Assembly: GCA_002726235.1 (NCBI GenBank)
Contig: PBSN01000025.1
Span: forward strand, 1 to 64,000
Source: Nitrospiraceae bacterium
Lineage (GTDB): Bacteria; Nitrospirota; Nitrospiria; Nitrospirales; UBA2166
Length of the DNA: 64,000 bases
Direction: 5' to 3'
Below the pieces are notes generated by a model. It did no database searches. It was not told the DNA's origin and was given only the letters and a program-made list of their open reading frames with translations. Shown here in pieces: positions 61,088-64,000 of this stretch. A program made the translations under genes and the position numbers. Position 1 is the stretch's first letter, and every line of letters starts with the position of its first letter.

Positions 61088-62671
61088 ATGGAAAAACTTG
61101 AAAAAGCACTGATCAGTGTTTCTGATAAGGCTGGGATCGTCGATCTCGCTCAGGGTTTACACAACCTTGGCGTCGAAATCTACTCCACAGGAGGAACTGC
61201 CCAGACGCTACGGTCTGCGGGAATTCCTGTGACTGATGTTGCGTCCTATACCGAATCACCTGAGATTCTCGATGGACGTGTGAAGACGCTACATCCCAGA
61301 GTTCATGGAGGAATTTTAGGTAAAGCCAACAATCTCAAACATCTCGGCGAAATGAAACAGCATAAAATTAGTCAAATTGGACTTGTCGTGGTGAACCTCT
61401 ATCCGTTTGAGAAGGCCATAGCACGACCGGAATGTTCTATCGATGAAGCCATCGAAAATATCGATATTGGTGGTGTCGCGTTGCTACGATCTGCCGGGAA
61501 AAACCACGCATTCGTCACCGTACTTGTCGATCCAGATGATTATCGTGCTGTGATGGAAGAACTGCAGAACGATGGGAAGCAGGTATCCACAGAGACACGT
61601 CGCCGTTTAGCTATCAAGGCGTTTCAGCACACCGCGCACTACGATAGTGTGATCACAAATTATCTCGATCGTGATACGTCCACCAAGGAAAATAATTTTC
61701 CGACATTCCTTCCAGTCCGCTTTGAGAAACTCAATACCCTGCGGTATGGCGAAAATATGCATCAACAGGGAGCGTTTTACCGTGAGATGGGTGCTGCAGG
61801 TCCCTCGATCGCAACCGCAACGCAACATCATGGAAAAGCCATGTCATTTAACAACGTGTTGGATGCTAACGCCGCCATGGAGCTGGCACTTGAGTTTGCT
61901 GAACCGGCAGCGGCGATCATCAAACATGTGAACCCGTGTGGTGTAGCAGTCAACGGGCGTCTGGTGGATGCTTTCATCAGTGCACGCGACACCGATCCCC
62001 TCTCTGCATTTGGTGGTGTCATCGGACTCAATCGGTCCGTGGATCTAGAAACCGCCAAGGAAATAACCAGTAACTTTGTTGAAGTAATTGTTGCCCCAGG
62101 ATTTCATGATGACGCGCTAGCTCACTTGAAACAGAAACGTGATCTGCGCGTGTTGGACCTTGGCCTTGAGACAAGTACGACAACGGCGTCAATTCAAGGG
62201 TGGTCCCTTGGAGTAGATGTGAAACGAGTAAAGGGAGGCCTCCTGATTCAGGAATTTGATCCGGCAGTAGATGAAGATTTGAAACACCTCAAAATCGTGA
62301 GTCAACGTACACCCACCGATGACGAATTGTCTGCCCTTCGATTTGCTTGGAGGGTCACCAAGCATGTCCGCTCGAATGCTATCGTTTATGCAAAAGGCAC
62401 CAAAACGATTGGCATTGGAGCTGGGCAAATGAGCCGGGTGGATTCGGTCCAGCTTGCAGGAAAAAAAGCATTACGGTCACTCAAAGGCACTGTGATGGCA
62501 TCCGATGCATTTTTTCCGTTCCGTGACGGCATTGACGAAGCGGCAAAGGGTGGCATCACTGCAGTGATTCAACCGGGTGGATCACTGCGTGATGATGAGG
62601 TAATTCAGTCCGTGAATGAACATGATATGGCCATGGTTCTCACCGGTGTCCGGCATTTCCGCCATGCCTAG
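61088..62671 (+). CDS. purH: Bifunctional AICAR transformylase/IMP cyclohydrolase
   Basis: ALISVSDK, STGGT, GRVKTLHP, IDIGG, LRYGEN.HQ, GAGQMSRVDS, ASDAFFPF, RHFRH. Confidence 0.98.
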   Translation: MEKLEKALISVSDKAGIVDLAQGLHNLGVEIYSTGGTAQTLRSAGIPVTDVASYTESPEILDGRVKTLHPRVHGGILGKANNLKHLGEMKQHKISQIGLVVVNLYPFEKAIARPECSIDEAIENIDIGGVALLRSAGKNHAFVTVLVDPDDYRAVMEELQNDGKQVSTETRRRLAIKAFQHTAHYDSVITNYLDRDTSTKENNFPTFLPVRFEKLNTLRYGENMHQQGAFYREMGAAGPSIATATQHHGKAMSFNNVLDANAAMELALEFAEPAAAIIKHVNPCGVAVNGRLVDAFISARDTDPLSAFGGVIGLNRSVDLETAKEITSNFVEVIVAPGFHDDALAHLKQKRDLRVLDLGLETSTTTASIQGWSLGVDVKRVKGGLLIQEFDPAVDEDLKHLKIVSQRTPTDDELSALRFAWRVTKHVRSNAIVYAKGTKTIGIGAGQMSRVDSVQLAGKKALRSLKGTVMASDAFFPFRDGIDEAAKGGITAVIQPGGSLRDDEVIQSVNEHDMAMVLTGVRHFRHA

Positions 62672-62690
62672 ACACCTCTAAGTTACGTCC

Positions 62691-63965
62691 ATGCGGGTTC
62701 TTGTAATTGGCGGAGGAGGCCGAGAACACGCTATCGTATGGAAAATTGTCCAAAGTTCTCGTGTCACGAACATCTTCTGCGCCCCTGGAAATCCTGGGAT
62801 TGCGACACTTGCCGAGTGTGTTCCGATCCAAGCTGACAATATTCAAGATCTCCTGTCCTTTGCGCAAGATCAAGCCATTGACCTCACCATTGTAGGCCCT
62901 GAGGCTCCACTTGCCGACGGAATCGCTGATCATTTTCGCCAGGCACGCTTGCGTATTTTTGGTCCTGGTCGGATGGCTGCCAGAATCGAAACAAGCAAGG
63001 TTTTTGCCAAAGATCTCATGCGTCGAAGTGGAATTCCTACACCATCGGCAGAAACGTTTACCAATGTCATTCGAGCCCAAGAATACCTCCGCAGACACAA
63101 CATGCCTGTAGTCATCAAGGCAGATGGCCTTGCGCAAGGAAAGGGAGTCGTAGTCGCCACAACATTGGCCGAAGCTCAAAAGGCAGTGACGGACCTACTC
63201 GAACAGAATGTTCTTGGAGCCAGTGGGGCCACCATTATGATTGAGGAATTCGTTGCAGGAGATGAACTAAGTGTGATGGCTTTAACAGATGGAAACACCG
63301 TCGTCCCTTTGCTCGCCTCACGCGATTACAAACGTATTTTTGACAACGATCAGGGGCCAAATACTGGAGGAATGGGCTCGTTTGCTCCGGTAGATTCAGT
63401 GGACACTGCTCTGATGAATCGCATCTTAAACGAGATTCTCCAACCGATCGTCGATGCGCTGTCGTCTCTTGGAAGCCCGTATCGCGGGGTGTTATATGCC
63501 GGAATCATGTTGGCATCTGACGGACCAAAAGTTCTGGAATGCAATGCGAGATTTGGTGATCCGGAGACTCAAGTTGTACTATCGCTTCTTAAGACGGACC
63601 TCGTTGATCTTCTCGGGGCCGTGGTGGATCACCAGCTAGATGCCCTTTCGCCAATTGAATGGCATGAAGGCGCGGCGGTATGCGTCGTATTGGCATCCGG
63701 CAACTATCCTAGTCGTCCCAATGTTGGAAAAATAATTCACGGCGTGGCCAAAGCTGAAAATATCGATGACGTCAATGTATTCCACGCGGGGACAAAAATA
63801 GGGGACATGGGTTTGATGACAGCGGGTGGGAGGGTGCTTGGAGTCACAGCGACTAGTACTGACCACAGAGGGGCACGTGCAAAAGCGTACGAAGCAGTGG
63901 CCCACATCATATTTGATGACATGCAATATCGAAGAGATATCTGTCATAAAGGAGTTGAAACATGA
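62691..63965 (+). CDS. purD: Phosphoribosylamine--glycine ligase
   Basis: GGGGREHA, VGPEAPL, KADGLA.GKGV, GPNTGGMG, RFGDPE, GGRVL. Confidence 0.98.
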   Translation: MRVLVIGGGGREHAIVWKIVQSSRVTNIFCAPGNPGIATLAECVPIQADNIQDLLSFAQDQAIDLTIVGPEAPLADGIADHFRQARLRIFGPGRMAARIETSKVFAKDLMRRSGIPTPSAETFTNVIRAQEYLRRHNMPVVIKADGLAQGKGVVVATTLAEAQKAVTDLLEQNVLGASGATIMIEEFVAGDELSVMALTDGNTVVPLLASRDYKRIFDNDQGPNTGGMGSFAPVDSVDTALMNRILNEILQPIVDALSSLGSPYRGVLYAGIMLASDGPKVLECNARFGDPETQVVLSLLKTDLVDLLGAVVDHQLDALSPIEWHEGAAVCVVLASGNYPSRPNVGKIIHGVAKAENIDDVNVFHAGTKIGDMGLMTAGGRVLGVTATSTDHRGARAKAYEAVAHIIFDDMQYRRDICHKGVET

Positions 63966-64000
63966 GCAACGCGCAGGTCGCCATTTTTATGGGAAGCAAA
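63962..64000 (+). CDS. purE: Probable N5-CAIR mutase PurE, N-terminus only (window edge)
   Basis: MSNAQVAIFMGSK matches the V.I.MGS start; ATGA overlap with purD. Confidence 0.6.
   Translation, partial: MSNAQVAIFMGSK

Overview
A gene-dense, about 50% GC bacterial chromosomal segment made mostly of core genes: dnaE-accA-pabB/C-like, glnS, radA, dksA, hisS-phoH-ybeY-ftsY, der, pdxJ-acpS-nnr-tsaE, rplI-glyA-nrdR and purH-purD-purE. Gene order, protein style and an intergenic repeat family suggest Nitrospirota (inference). I found no rRNA, tRNA, CRISPR array, transposase or prophage. Main items for follow-up: (1) a Per-box-preceded co-directional run perR-ahpC-[stand-alone NuoF-like flavoprotein]-[2Fe-2S ferredoxin]-erpA-[tandem PTPS with a CX5HGH motif]-folE; (2) a nuoJ-nuoK-MrpD-like operon start with no nuoA-I upstream; (3) a 167-nt structured intergenic RNA candidate between hisS and phoH with repeated GYAGGG motifs that also occur in the nuoJ leader; (4) three degenerate copies of a 115-125 bp element with terminal inverted repeats; (5) a Ski2/HelY-like helicase lacking its ATPase domain; (6) a soluble histidine kinase with a Rossmann-fold input domain; (7) an Ada-like gene broken by an amber stop; (8) a thermonuclease lacking catalytic residues next to PP2C and an orphan scpB; (9) DksA with a perfect 33-nt repeat tail. 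All calls come from reading motifs by eye; no searches were run.
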